NCBI GenBank assembly: GCA_000002445.1
Contig: CH464491.1
Coordinates: 960,001-1,024,000, forward strand
Length of the DNA stretch: 64,000 nt
From: Trypanosoma brucei
Lineage: Eukaryota
Direction: 5' to 3'
A program made the position numbers and the translations under genes. The notes under the pieces are model-generated. The model searched no databases and was not told where the DNA came from. It was given only the letters and a program-made list of their open reading frames with translations. Below, piece by piece: positions 1 to 9,779 of the stretch. How positions within the stretch are numbered: position 1 is the stretch's first letter; every line of letters begins with the position of its first letter.

Positions 1-2813
1 ATGAACATACGGCGTCCCTACGCACTCCAGAGCAATTGCAGGAGGCGCAAGTGAAGATTGTTACCACCCAGCCGGATGCCGAGCTTCATTCCTGGAGTGG
101 TTGCATTGAAAGTAACGGTGAAGCATTCGCTGTGGATATTGGAAACTTTTTGTGTCGAGGTTCTGTCTTGCGGAAGACCGACTGGGTTTGGGGTGTTGTC
201 GTTTATGCCGGTGTAGATACTAAAATGTTCCGTAACCTGAAGGGGCATCCGATGAAGATGTCCGATCTCGACCGTAGGTTGAATGTAATGATTGTGGCGC
301 TGCTACTGTTCAAATGCGTAGTGCTCGCAACGCTGGCGTTCCTTCTGGTTTGGTGGAACCGGAACAATAAGGAACATATATGGTACCTACACTGGTACAT
401 GAACCAGTACGGCTCGACGGTGCTATTGTTGCGCTCCTTTGTGACGATATTTCTGTTGCTCTCTTACTTTATCCCGATTTCGCTATTCGTGACCATCGAG
501 GTTTGCAAGGTGATCCAGGCGTACTGGATGGTTGCCGACGGCAAAATGACGGACGTGGTGAATGGACGTTTGTGTCGCTGCAGGCCCAACACTTCAAACC
601 TAAATGAACAACTCGCGATGGTGCGCTTCATTTTCACAGACAAGACGGGTACCCTAACGGAGAATGTGATGAAGTTTAAACAAGGTGATTTTCAGGGGTT
701 TCGCCTTGATTCTGCGTGTGGAACCAAACCCACAGACCTCCTTGACCGCTGCAATCCAGCGCGTGAGGCTGCGTATGAGTACTTCCTTTCGATTGCTTTA
801 TGTAATACCGTTCAGCCAACCGAGGACCCCAATGCAGAAGGGGGTATCAGCTACGATGGCACCTCCCCGGATGAGGTGGCACTCGTCAGCATGGCTGCGG
901 AACACGGGTTCCGCCTGAAGAAGCGCACAACACGTGAAATGGTGCTAGACATTGAAGGTGTGGAACATGAATATAGGATACTTGCCACCCTTGAGTTCAC
1001 ACCGGAGCGGAAGATGATGAGCATAATTGTGCGGGATAACGTTAGCCATCACATTGTGCTCTTCACGAAGGGTGCCGATTCCTCTCTACTTCCAAGGACT
1101 TGCACCAACCGGCAAGCACAGAACTATGTGCAAAAGCTAAGAGGCACACTGCAGGATATGAGTGTCTGTGGTTTACGCACACTTGTTATTGGAAGGCGGT
1201 TTCTTCTTCCGGAGGAGTACAAAAATTGGGAGGATTCGTACAAAACTGCTTCAAGGACTCTCATTGATCGTAGCGCGGCCCTGGATGATGTTTGTATGCG
1301 GATCGAGGGTGACCTGTGGCCAGTAGGGGCGACAGCCATCGAGGACAAGCTTCAGCAGGAGGTTCCTGAGACCATCTCCTTTTTTCTGGAAGCTGGTGTG
1401 GTTATATGGATGCTTACTGGAGATAAACGTGAAACTGCCGTTACGGTTGCGGCCACTGCAAAATTGTGCGATCCGCAGAAAGACTCCATCATACACATAG
1501 ACATCGGGTCGTTTGATCCGAAGAGTGCCGAGGCGATCAGAAAGGTGGACTCTGACTTGAGCAAAGTGAGGCGGACACTGGAGAGCGGGGGCGAGAACGG
1601 CTCGAAATGCACTATTGTTATTGATGGTCTCGCACTTGGGGTTGCAATGAGCGAACACTTTTTAACCTTTCTGGATCTTTCCATGAGGGTCAATTCAGCC
1701 GTTTGCTGCCGACTTACCCCTTTGCAAAAGGCAGAAGTTGTACGCATGTTTCAGGGATCGACAGGGTTAACCGCCATTGCAATTGGTGATGGTGCCAACG
1801 ATGTTTCAATGATTCAGGAGGGGCGTGTTGGTGTTGGTATTATTGGGCTTGAGGGATCGCAGGCGGCCCTCTCAGCAGATTATGCTATACCCCGATTTAG
1901 GCACCTGCGTCGGCTTTGTGCTGTCCATGGTCGATACTCACTCGTTCGTAACTCGGGTTGTATTATGATTAGCTTTTATAAGAACGCGGTCCTCGGTATG
2001 ATGATGATTTTGTTCTGCTTCCATTCAGCGTTTTCAGGTGGAACACTGTTTGACGGGTGGCTGTTGACATTCTTCAACATTCTTCTGACGAGCATCCCAC
2101 CCTTCTTCCTCGGCGTGTTTGACAAGGACCTTCCAGAGGATGCGCTCCTACGCCGCCCGCATCTTTTCACTCAACTCTCTCACGGGTTGTACTTCGACGT
2201 GATGACAACAGTGAGGTGGTTCGGGGAAGCGTTAATCCACGGTACATTAATATTCTACCTCTTTTACTTGACTATCAGGAATCTCGACTGGAGCACGCAC
2301 AACATATCAATGATTGAGCTGGGGACCATGCAAATTTTTATCGTTGTTTTAGTTGTGCTCGTTCGGTGTGGCCTCGCTGTCCGCTGCTGGCGCTCGCTAC
2401 AGTTGTTGGGCCTATTGGCTTCTCTTGCGATTACCCTTGCTCTGACGCTCACTTACTCCTCCTTCAAAAGTGTGGGAGGCAGCTCCATTTATTGGCAGAT
2501 GTTTGACTTGGCTTTAGGGCCAAAGTTCTGGTTGTATATGCTGCTCGTGCTGGGATCTCTCATAATGATTAATCTTTCCGTATTATATTTCCAGAAGAGG
2601 CGCTACCCCACGTTGCGTGATACCGCTGATGAGGAAAATAGGGTAATGTGTCGTGGGTCGTTGTTGGATGAAAACGTGTCTCAAGGGGATAAAGCGGGTT
2701 ATGTGACATTTGGAGTCGAGAGTACCCAAAGTAGCGACAGAGAAGACAAGAGTATTGACATTCAGGACATGCGAAGGAGGGAAATCGAAGCCGGGGATAC
2801 GCTTCATGGGTAG
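1..2813 (+). CDS. Phospholipid-transporting P4-type ATPase (flippase), 5'-truncated at window edge
   Basis: The reading frame is open from the window start (ORF track 36..2813; codons in this frame have no stop back to nt 3). It carries the P-type phosphorylation motif DKTGTLT (nt 639-659) and the hinge motif GDGANDV (nt 1785-1805). It has a P4-type post-actuator segment (WVWGVVVYAGVDTKM) and a C-terminal multi-TM bundle. The N-terminal 300-400 aa (TM1-2, actuator domain) must lie upstream of the window. Confidence 0.9.
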   Translation, partial: EHTASLRTPEQLQEAQVKIVTTQPDAELHSWSGCIESNGEAFAVDIGNFLCRGSVLRKTDWVWGVVVYAGVDTKMFRNLKGHPMKMSDLDRRLNVMIVALLLFKCVVLATLAFLLVWWNRNNKEHIWYLHWYMNQYGSTVLLLRSFVTIFLLLSYFIPISLFVTIEVCKVIQAYWMVADGKMTDVVNGRLCRCRPNTSNLNEQLAMVRFIFTDKTGTLTENVMKFKQGDFQGFRLDSACGTKPTDLLDRCNPAREAAYEYFLSIALCNTVQPTEDPNAEGGISYDGTSPDEVALVSMAAEHGFRLKKRTTREMVLDIEGVEHEYRILATLEFTPERKMMSIIVRDNVSHHIVLFTKGADSSLLPRTCTNRQAQNYVQKLRGTLQDMSVCGLRTLVIGRRFLLPEEYKNWEDSYKTASRTLIDRSAALDDVCMRIEGDLWPVGATAIEDKLQQEVPETISFFLEAGVVIWMLTGDKRETAVTVAATAKLCDPQKDSIIHIDIGSFDPKSAEAIRKVDSDLSKVRRTLESGGENGSKCTIVIDGLALGVAMSEHFLTFLDLSMRVNSAVCCRLTPLQKAEVVRMFQGSTGLTAIAIGDGANDVSMIQEGRVGVGIIGLEGSQAALSADYAIPRFRHLRRLCAVHGRYSLVRNSGCIMISFYKNAVLGMMMILFCFHSAFSGGTLFDGWLLTFFNILLTSIPPFFLGVFDKDLPEDALLRRPHLFTQLSHGLYFDVMTTVRWFGEALIHGTLIFYLFYLTIRNLDWSTHNISMIELGTMQIFIVVLVVLVRCGLAVRCWRSLQLLGLLASLAITLALTLTYSSFKSVGGSSIYWQMFDLALGPKFWLYMLLVLGSLIMINLSVLYFQKRRYPTLRDTADEENRVMCRGSLLDENVSQGDKAGYVTFGVESTQSSDREDKSIDIQDMRRREIEAGDTLHG

Positions 2814-3334
2814 CGTTGAACACAGTCCCTGACTCTCTTCGCTACCCTCTGTGTTATTTATTGCTTTAAATGTCGGTTGATGTTACGAATTTGCTTCTTG
2901 ATGTGTCGTAGAGCCAGTTTGACTAAAGGTTTGTTGCGGGATGAATTGTGCGGTTATGCGTGTGGTGGAGAGTGGGGAAGTGGAAGGACGATCGAATTGG
3001 CAATTATCAATAGAGGGAAGTGAAAGCATGGAACTGGAAGAATATATAGGTGGAAACGGTTATGTACAAGAGGAAAATAAAGTTTGAAACTCCCCGTAAA
3101 TGCAGGGAGCGGAAGTATGTGTAATGGAAAGAGGGGAAAAAGCTGCCGAAACATAGGCCGTAAGAAACAATGCTTGTTTTGGATCGGGTACGGGGGAAGG
3201 AAGAAACAGGTGAATTTCTTCATACCGTGAGGTGGATGTTGTTGACATTTGCTTGGAAACTATTGAGAAAAACGTTTGTGACGGCTGCCAGTTTGCGCGA
3301 GGGATGAGTAGAAGTTGCGTATGCCTGTGCAGTG

Positions 3335-3350
3335 GTGTGTGTGTGTGTGT
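3335..3350. repeat. (GT)8 microsatellite
   Basis: Direct read of gtgtgtgtgtgtgtgt in the gene-free interval. Confidence 0.9.
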
Positions 3351-4043
3351 TGGTAGGGAGGAGGGTTGTAACGAAAAGGAAATAAAGAGTGCTGTGAAGC
3401 GCTCTAACTGTAAACTTGCATGCGTGTATTTGCATTCCAATTGCCTGGTGCTTCGTCAAGGCGGCGGTTGCCCTGTTAGCCACGCGCATTTTTCACTTGG
3501 ACGCTTCCTTCGTTTCCCCTGCTGTTGTGCCTCTTCTGCATTTCGAGGGTGCCGTTTTCCCTTCCATTTGAGGAAAGGTTGGAAACCATAACATTGAATA
3601 ATGAGGGAGACAAACATGACTGCCAAGCACACGCGTGCATACACATACACGTACATACACATACGGCTTTCCATCCATGTTTCTCGCACCTCTTTTTCTT
3701 TGTAACGGTAGTTTTTTCTTTTTATTTTTCATTGCCCTTCTCCTCTTGTTTATGTCCACTATTATAATATTCAGTGTGAAGGTTTGCCGCATTGATTAAT
3801 GCGCTGTCAAAATAACCAACCACATACTGCTGTGTCCCACTTTAGCGTGGGCATCTTTCTTTGCCTGTGTTCCGGCTCCTTCCCTACTTTTCGTTTATTG
3901 GGTTTACAATTGTGTATTTGTGAAACTCCCCGTCCCCTCCCCTATACGCGAAATTAAAGGGGGAGGGAAAGCCCCAACGTGTGCGTTAAGTTCCTCCGTG
4001 TTGTTGAGGGTCAGTTGTTGAAAATTTGAGCTCAGCAGATGTA

Positions 4044-4057
4044 TTTTTTTTTTTTTT
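4044..4057. repeat. poly(T)14 homopolymer
   Basis: Direct read. Confidence 0.9.
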
Positions 4058-4498
4058 GGTTTGGTTTCTTCATTATTTTGCTGCAGAAGTTCCTCTTGTC
4101 TAGATCCAAGGTGACGTGCTCAGAAGGAGAAGCATCCATCAAAACGAGGACTAAGAAAGTGGAAAGAGGCGGTGGCAGTTGTCCTTCTGTCTTTTGTCTT
4201 TTTTCTTTTTTTTTTTATGGGGGAGGTGGGGGTTGTTTCCTCAGGAACGCCGTATGGTGAGAAAGTAAAATGGAAAAAAAAAGAAAGAGGGATGTAATTC
4301 GTTCCCTGCATATTGTATATTATCAAGCACATTGGCTCCCTCCGCTGTTGTTCTCAGCAACGTTTGCGTTCATGTTTGGAAACCCCCACCCGTGTATGAA
4401 AAATACAAAATTTTATATTTATGCTACCAAACTTGTTTTTCCATGTTGTCTTCTTCCAGACTATTGGTTATGGTTTTGGTTATTAGGTTGAAGCTTTT

Positions 4499-4514
4499 GT
4501 GTGTGTGTGTGTGT
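4499..4514. repeat. (GT)8 microsatellite
   Basis: Direct read. Confidence 0.9.
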
Positions 4515-5659
4515 TGTCTCGTACCCTTGTGACGACTTAAAAGTTTTCCACTTCGCGTTACTTTGAGAGCAGAGAGATGGATTTTAGGGCGGTTGAAGGG
4601 AAAAAAAAATGGGCAGCGGTCCGTTATTAATCGACAGTGGGAGTAAAACCTGGTGTTTTCTTGCGGTGCATGTTTTGCCCGGCTCCCGTTCCCGTAACGC
4701 AGTTTTGCAATCTGGTTTTATTCTTAAACCTCGAATCCTTTCTTCTTGTTGTTATTGTTGTTGTTGTTTTTTCTACTTACTTGTTTTACTTTTACTTCAT
4801 GCTCTTTACCTCTCTTGCTTGGTGGTCGCCGATCCCTCCCTTTTTCTTTTGTTTTTGCTTTACCTTGGTTGTAGGTTTGGTCACTTAACTCCCTAATAGA
4901 GGTTCATTTTCCCTTTTCTTTTTCTTACGTTTTTCTCTTTCCATAAAATGTTTTTGTTCCTTTTACGATCATTTTTGATGTTTTTTCACTACTCCCTAAC
5001 CTCTATAAAACATAAATAGGCTTTATCAAATGAGAAACCATTTGCTTTTGTTATCTCTTGCTGATAAGTGACAATCTGCGGGGTGCGCACAGGATAGAAG
5101 TGGATACGTCAGATGGGCGCATATGTGTGTGATACTTGAAATAAGAACCCTGTGAGTTATTGTTTCCCTCACTCCGTCCTGTTGTAGAAGGAAAAAAATG
5201 AAAAGGGGATACTCCTCTTCTGTGTGTGGTGTTTTCTTTTTTTTTTTTCATCTTGCTTTTCTTTTCTTTTTTCTTTTCTTCAATTGGTCGATTGTGCTTA
5301 GACGATCTGCTGATGTTGCTGTTGTAGTTCCTCCCTCCCTCCCTGTCGTTCCTCTTTTTTTTTTTAGTTGCTGTGCCCCTCCCTCTCAATAGTGGTATTG
5401 TTTCTACTTTGTACTAAATTGTGCGCAGCATATGGGCACGACACATGTACGGATACTGAATATACTTATGCCCTGCGGTGAGGTTATGATGTATTACATG
5501 TTTTGAAAATATACACACCTCGTGTAATATATGTGTGACCTCTTACGATGTGATTGAGAAGAGACAAGCTCATATTTGACCGTGCGCATGCGCGTTTTGT
5601 TGCTCATCAATATCATTTGCATCGACTTGTGCGGAAATATCTCACCTTATATGCTTGTG

Positions 5660-5695
5660 CCTCTTTTTCCTTTCTCCCAATTTCTCAATTGTGAG
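5660..5695 (+). promoter_or_regulatory. Polypyrimidine tract + AG, candidate trans-splice acceptor for the gene at 5892
   Basis: A run of C/T (cctctttttcctttctcccaatttctcaatt) is followed by AG at 5694-5695, about 200 nt upstream of the ATG. Longer polyY blocks at 5232-5290 and 5330-5370 could serve instead. Confidence 0.4.
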
Positions 5696-5891
5696 TATTT
5701 TTTACGGCAAGTACTGGTGCCACCATATAAGGAACCATCGAGTACGCTGACGTCAGCGTGTGAAAGATAGGGGAAATAGACAAGATATTTAGAACGAAAG
5801 AAAAAAAAGGGAGAGAAGCAAAAAAAAAATCTGAAGGTCAGGGTTCGCAGGTGTTCGTGTCACCTGAAAGTTTCACCGCGTTGTTGGAGAT

Positions 5892-8621
5892 ATGTCTTCG
5901 TTGACATGTGAGGAGCTCTACAGACGAGCTTTGGACGATCTGACGGCAATATGGAGGGAAGATGTGAATGTTTCCAAGATGAAGGTGATGCCTACTGGAA
6001 GGCAGCGTTATGACCAACTTCTGCTCTGTTGGGCCTCGCTTTACGTTCAGTACCTGCGGACGGGGCGGCGGCTGGTGATCGTTCACGACGCACAGTTACA
6101 ACCACAGAAGAGGTACGACGTGCGCACAGTACTTGATGCATGTATGGCTCGAATGCTAGAACTTCGGGCTTTGTTATCCACAAACTGTGGTGAGTTTGTC
6201 AAACTTGATGAGTGTATTTTAGACTTGAAAATGACGCCGGATGAACTCGAAGTGCCTATCCCCCGTTACTTTGTGGAAGACAATGCTTCAGTTATGCAGG
6301 AGAGGCGGCGGCAGATCGCTTCGCTTCAACAGTACTACAAGGAAACGGAGCCGGACGCTCCCGTTACAAAGGCGCTAACAGCATCGAGTGTTCCTCCTCA
6401 GAAAAAAAGTACTGAAGCTGCGGCAGGGAATGTCATGTCGATGGATGAGGCCCTTATGCTACTAAAGATTAATGAACGTGGGCGGCAAGCGCGAGAACGG
6501 GCCAAATTTCAACTTTCCATGTATGCCCAGAAGCGGCACTCGGTGGAGCTTGCCAGTGTTTACAATCACCCGACGGGGAGGGAAAGAGCCGCTACAGTTC
6601 TGCAAAGTGCTGTGCAAGCTTACCTGACCCGAAAGCACATCTTTTCTGACCACCAGGAGGAACTCCAACTTCTTGGAATGGCTCCCTCCGCTGATAGCAC
6701 AAACAGGGAGGAAGCGGTACAGGCAGAGGCCCGTCTAGATGAGCAGAAGGCACGGCAACGTATGAACGAGGCGAACTTCAGGCAGAAGACCTTAGAGATC
6801 GAGAGCCGCATCAAGACGGAGGAGGGACCAAGGACAATGGAGTTGATGCTGAACGAAGCACTTACTCGTATGGCTTACGCTCGGATGGAAGGCAAGGATG
6901 ACCAGGGAATGCTGCAAGCTGCAGATGTTAGCGGCAGCCGTAGACTCGCAGATTCTTCTAACCAAGCTGGAAGTTTGGCTCCCATCATTACTGACTCGTT
7001 CCGGTCCCCGGCGCCCAATATATCTGGTACATTCCCCTCTGCCGGAGGCACGGGAAACGATGCTCGCAATGCCATGCGAAGAACTGGAAGTGTCTCAGCT
7101 CGACGGAGGGGCGAGGAGGATGAAACCGTTCCCGCTATGCCTCCTAGTGTTCTGTGGGAAACCATCAGGGCTGAGGACGAGCGCTACAGCTCATTGTGGA
7201 AACCTCGGTTTGAACAAACATATGTTAGAGAGGTAGATTTAGAGCAATCTGCGGACCTGGTCCTGCTTCGACAGCAACTACTGGAAGGGCCTCGTGGAGT
7301 CATGGAAGAACTGCGACATGTTGTTGACGAACTTATCTTGATGGAGGTGGAAAATCTGAAGAAGCGCCTGGAGCAGGAGCGACGCAGTGGCAAAAGGAAG
7401 GGAGCAAAGAAAAAGAAAGGTCCCCGAAAGCCACGCGCACCAAAGTTGAAGGATCCGACGAAGGGCTCAACGGTAGAAACACTCATGAATACTGCAGTGC
7501 ACCAGAATGTATTGAAATTACCTGACTCGGAGGTAGTCTTGAGTGGTTACTTGGGGTGTGTTGCTGTGCACGAGTCTCCACTAGACGCTCTACTCCGCGC
7601 TCAGAAGCCGGACGACGACATGAGGAAGAAGTGGCAGAGAATCCTCAACAACTGGGATGCTAACGTGGAGAAAGTAATGAAAATGAAGAAAGATGCTTTT
7701 CAAAAGGTCTTCGACAAATACCTACAGCAGTCTACATGGCTTGCTGAGCCCACAGCGGCTCACGTCCGGCAGTCGGTAACTGAGTATGCGATACTACCAC
7801 TTGGCTCCCAGGTTATCCATGACTTAGCGCCTAGTAGTAAAACGTTGCTACTCTACGGTTTTCATGGGACTGGAAAGACCCACCTGGTGCACGCCGTTTG
7901 TAACCATAGCGGCGCGAACTTCTTTGATTTGTCACCAGCTAACTTTGAGACAGACACGGGTTTAGCGGGTATCATTCAAACCGTATTTTACCTCGCGAAG
8001 GTGATGGCTCCGTCAGTCATTTACATTGACAACGTCGAAAAGCTGTTTTTGCGTAAAAAGAGAAAAGGACCAAAGGATCCACTTATGAAACGCGGCAGAA
8101 AAATGAAGAAAGAGGTACTTAAGGGCATTGCTAGCATTTCGCCAACTGATCGGGTTATAGTCATTGGTTGTACTTGTGCACCATACGATGCGGAGTTTAA
8201 TGCAATGGTAAACAATTTTGCCCACATGGTGTACTGTGGTTGCCCAGACTATGCCTCACGTGTTGTTGTTCTGCAGGAATTAGCGGGTAGTCACACTGGT
8301 GATGTCTGGTCACTCAAGCCGGAGCACTATCACGAGTTGGCGCTCCTCACAGAAGGATTCACATGCGGCGATATAAGTGCAGTGTTTGAGGAAGTGCTCA
8401 CCAAACGCCGCCTAAGGCGCATAGAACAGAGGCCACTTACGGCTGACGACTTTCTTTCCGCCGTTGCTCGTGCGAAACCGCCATCTGTAGAAGATCGAGC
8501 GCTGATGAAAGAATTTACTGCGCGTCTTCCATTACATTTACGTCGTGTTAACCCCATTGCAGATATCCCTCTGCCAGAGAAGGAAACAGCGGCTAAGAAG
8601 AGACCCAAGAAGAAGGAATAA
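5892..8621 (+). CDS. IQ-motif and AAA+ ATPase domain protein (IQCA1 / N-DRC subunit DRC11-like)
   Basis: 909-aa ORF with an ATG start. It has an IQ-like motif (VLQSAVQAYLTRKHIF, nt ~6589-6640) and a Lys-rich basic stretch (KRKGAKKKKGPRKPRAPK). The C-terminal AAA+ module has Walker A GFHGTGKTHL (nt 7858-7887) and Walker-B-like VIYIDNVEKL. The order IQ then C-terminal AAA matches IQCA1/DRC11. Confidence 0.85.
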   Translation: MSSLTCEELYRRALDDLTAIWREDVNVSKMKVMPTGRQRYDQLLLCWASLYVQYLRTGRRLVIVHDAQLQPQKRYDVRTVLDACMARMLELRALLSTNCGEFVKLDECILDLKMTPDELEVPIPRYFVEDNASVMQERRRQIASLQQYYKETEPDAPVTKALTASSVPPQKKSTEAAAGNVMSMDEALMLLKINERGRQARERAKFQLSMYAQKRHSVELASVYNHPTGRERAATVLQSAVQAYLTRKHIFSDHQEELQLLGMAPSADSTNREEAVQAEARLDEQKARQRMNEANFRQKTLEIESRIKTEEGPRTMELMLNEALTRMAYARMEGKDDQGMLQAADVSGSRRLADSSNQAGSLAPIITDSFRSPAPNISGTFPSAGGTGNDARNAMRRTGSVSARRRGEEDETVPAMPPSVLWETIRAEDERYSSLWKPRFEQTYVREVDLEQSADLVLLRQQLLEGPRGVMEELRHVVDELILMEVENLKKRLEQERRSGKRKGAKKKKGPRKPRAPKLKDPTKGSTVETLMNTAVHQNVLKLPDSEVVLSGYLGCVAVHESPLDALLRAQKPDDDMRKKWQRILNNWDANVEKVMKMKKDAFQKVFDKYLQQSTWLAEPTAAHVRQSVTEYAILPLGSQVIHDLAPSSKTLLLYGFHGTGKTHLVHAVCNHSGANFFDLSPANFETDTGLAGIIQTVFYLAKVMAPSVIYIDNVEKLFLRKKRKGPKDPLMKRGRKMKKEVLKGIASISPTDRVIVIGCTCAPYDAEFNAMVNNFAHMVYCGCPDYASRVVVLQELAGSHTGDVWSLKPEHYHELALLTEGFTCGDISAVFEEVLTKRRLRRIEQRPLTADDFLSAVARAKPPSVEDRALMKEFTARLPLHLRRVNPIADIPLPEKETAAKKRPKKKE

Positions 8622-9135
8622 AGCCCGGAATGTTCCTCACAATTGGAAGCAGAAAGTTCTTTGTGTTTGGGATTGCGGGGGTCGAAGAAAGTGGGGGGAG
8701 AGGGAAAACGAAAAAAAAGTCACATGACTCTGTGGGTATTAGAAGCGGTTTTGTAACGTCGACGACGTGAGGGAGCGGCGCGCATATTGCTCACTCATGT
8801 ACATTATGAAAGAGGATAAATAGTTGTCTCACCTGGATGTATGAAGCATGTGCCACCTTCCCTTCTCCTATACCGAGGTGACTTTCTCTGTTTCTTGTAT
8901 GTTTTTGCACATCAACAGTGCGTCTATGTACGTAAACACACTCATTGAGGAAGAGAGGGGGAGGGGGAGGGGGCGGCCTAAATCGTTGTTTTTTAGTGCC
9001 ACATCCCCGTTGTACAGGTGCGAAGCGTTCCTACGCCAACGGTGGTCTAAACACTCACCCTGAATTGTTGAAGAGCTTCAAATTATTCTATTCCATCTGG
9101 TCCATGCTTTGATAACCGTGAAATCGATGACACTT

Positions 9136-9175
9136 CGCTTTTTTTTCTTTTCTTTTCTTCCTTTTTTCACGGGAG
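9136..9175 (+). promoter_or_regulatory. Polypyrimidine tract + AG, candidate trans-splice acceptor for the gene at 9216
   Basis: cgcttttttttcttttcttttcttccttttttcac is followed by AG (9174-9175), about 40 nt upstream of the ATG. Confidence 0.45.
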
Positions 9176-9215
9176 CACGGAGTAGTCTCAAGGCACATCC
9201 GACACAGCTGCAGGT

Positions 9216-9779
9216 ATGCTCAACATCACCAGACTGCGCAACCTTCCGGAAGACCTCTTCGAGGTCGACCGGCGTCAAAAGAATGGTTCCAATCAAAGTG
9301 GCAAAGGTTGGCCTCAACATAAGGAGCTGATCTTCGACTTCACGTCACTAGTGCGAGCATACAATCAGAACAAATTTGAGCACTTAACAGATACCTTTAA
9401 CAACAACAGGATTCTCATTTCTGAGCTCGTCTTACATCAGTTGGATGAAAAAAACAAGGTTGTGCGATCTACAGATGCTGCGAATGCCCAAGAGGATGAC
9501 TTCCATCCCGTTCGGCTGCGTGATTTAATAAATTTTCTCGTTACCAATATGACCGAAAGTTGGCTTGAGTTCCAGAGGAAGGGCACTCAGGAGGACAAAC
9601 AGTTTACTCAACTCCGTTGCTTGAATGAAAATGTCGAAACCCCACTGCGGCTGATAAGTTATGCGCTTTATAAAAAGAGGCAAGGAAAGGATGTTTTACT
9701 CGTTACTTCCGACTCAGGGCTCAAATGTGAGGCGGGGCTGAACTCCATTGATAGCCAAAGTATTGAAAACATTGGGTAG
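9216..9779 (+). CDS. Hypothetical protein, PIN-domain-like fold
   Basis: 187-aa ORF with an ATG start, preceded by a polyY tract (9136-9170) and AG. The acidic residue pattern resembles PIN nucleases: LIFDFTSL (strand 1 Asp), ILISELVLHQLDE (conserved Glu), an internal DD, and C-terminal LLVTSDSGL (T-x-D motif). Confidence 0.55.
   Translation: MLNITRLRNLPEDLFEVDRRQKNGSNQSGKGWPQHKELIFDFTSLVRAYNQNKFEHLTDTFNNNRILISELVLHQLDEKNKVVRSTDAANAQEDDFHPVRLRDLINFLVTNMTESWLEFQRKGTQEDKQFTQLRCLNENVETPLRLISYALYKKRQGKDVLLVTSDSGLKCEAGLNSIDSQSIENIG

Noticed and set aside
3232-3591. Small + strand ORFs in gene-free intervals (3232..3591 Cys-rich, 39769..40269, 48265..48585, 12041..12490).
   Set aside because: They translate (GT)n, polyY or AT-rich low complexity (runs of C/V/F/L/Y/I). 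None has a start context or a motif.
3088-3932. Identical 12-mer gaaactccccgt at 3088 and 3921.
   Set aside because: A 12-mer coincidence is expected many times over in 64 kb. No extended similarity surrounds the two copies.
5892-8621. Calling the 909-aa AAA protein a katanin/spastin-type or proteasomal AAA ATPase.
   Set aside because: It has a single C-terminal AAA module with a degenerate Walker B (DN rather than DE). It has an IQ motif and a basic linker. It has no MIT or second-region-of-homology signatures. The IQCA1/DRC11-like call fits the domain order better, though it remains a call made by eye.
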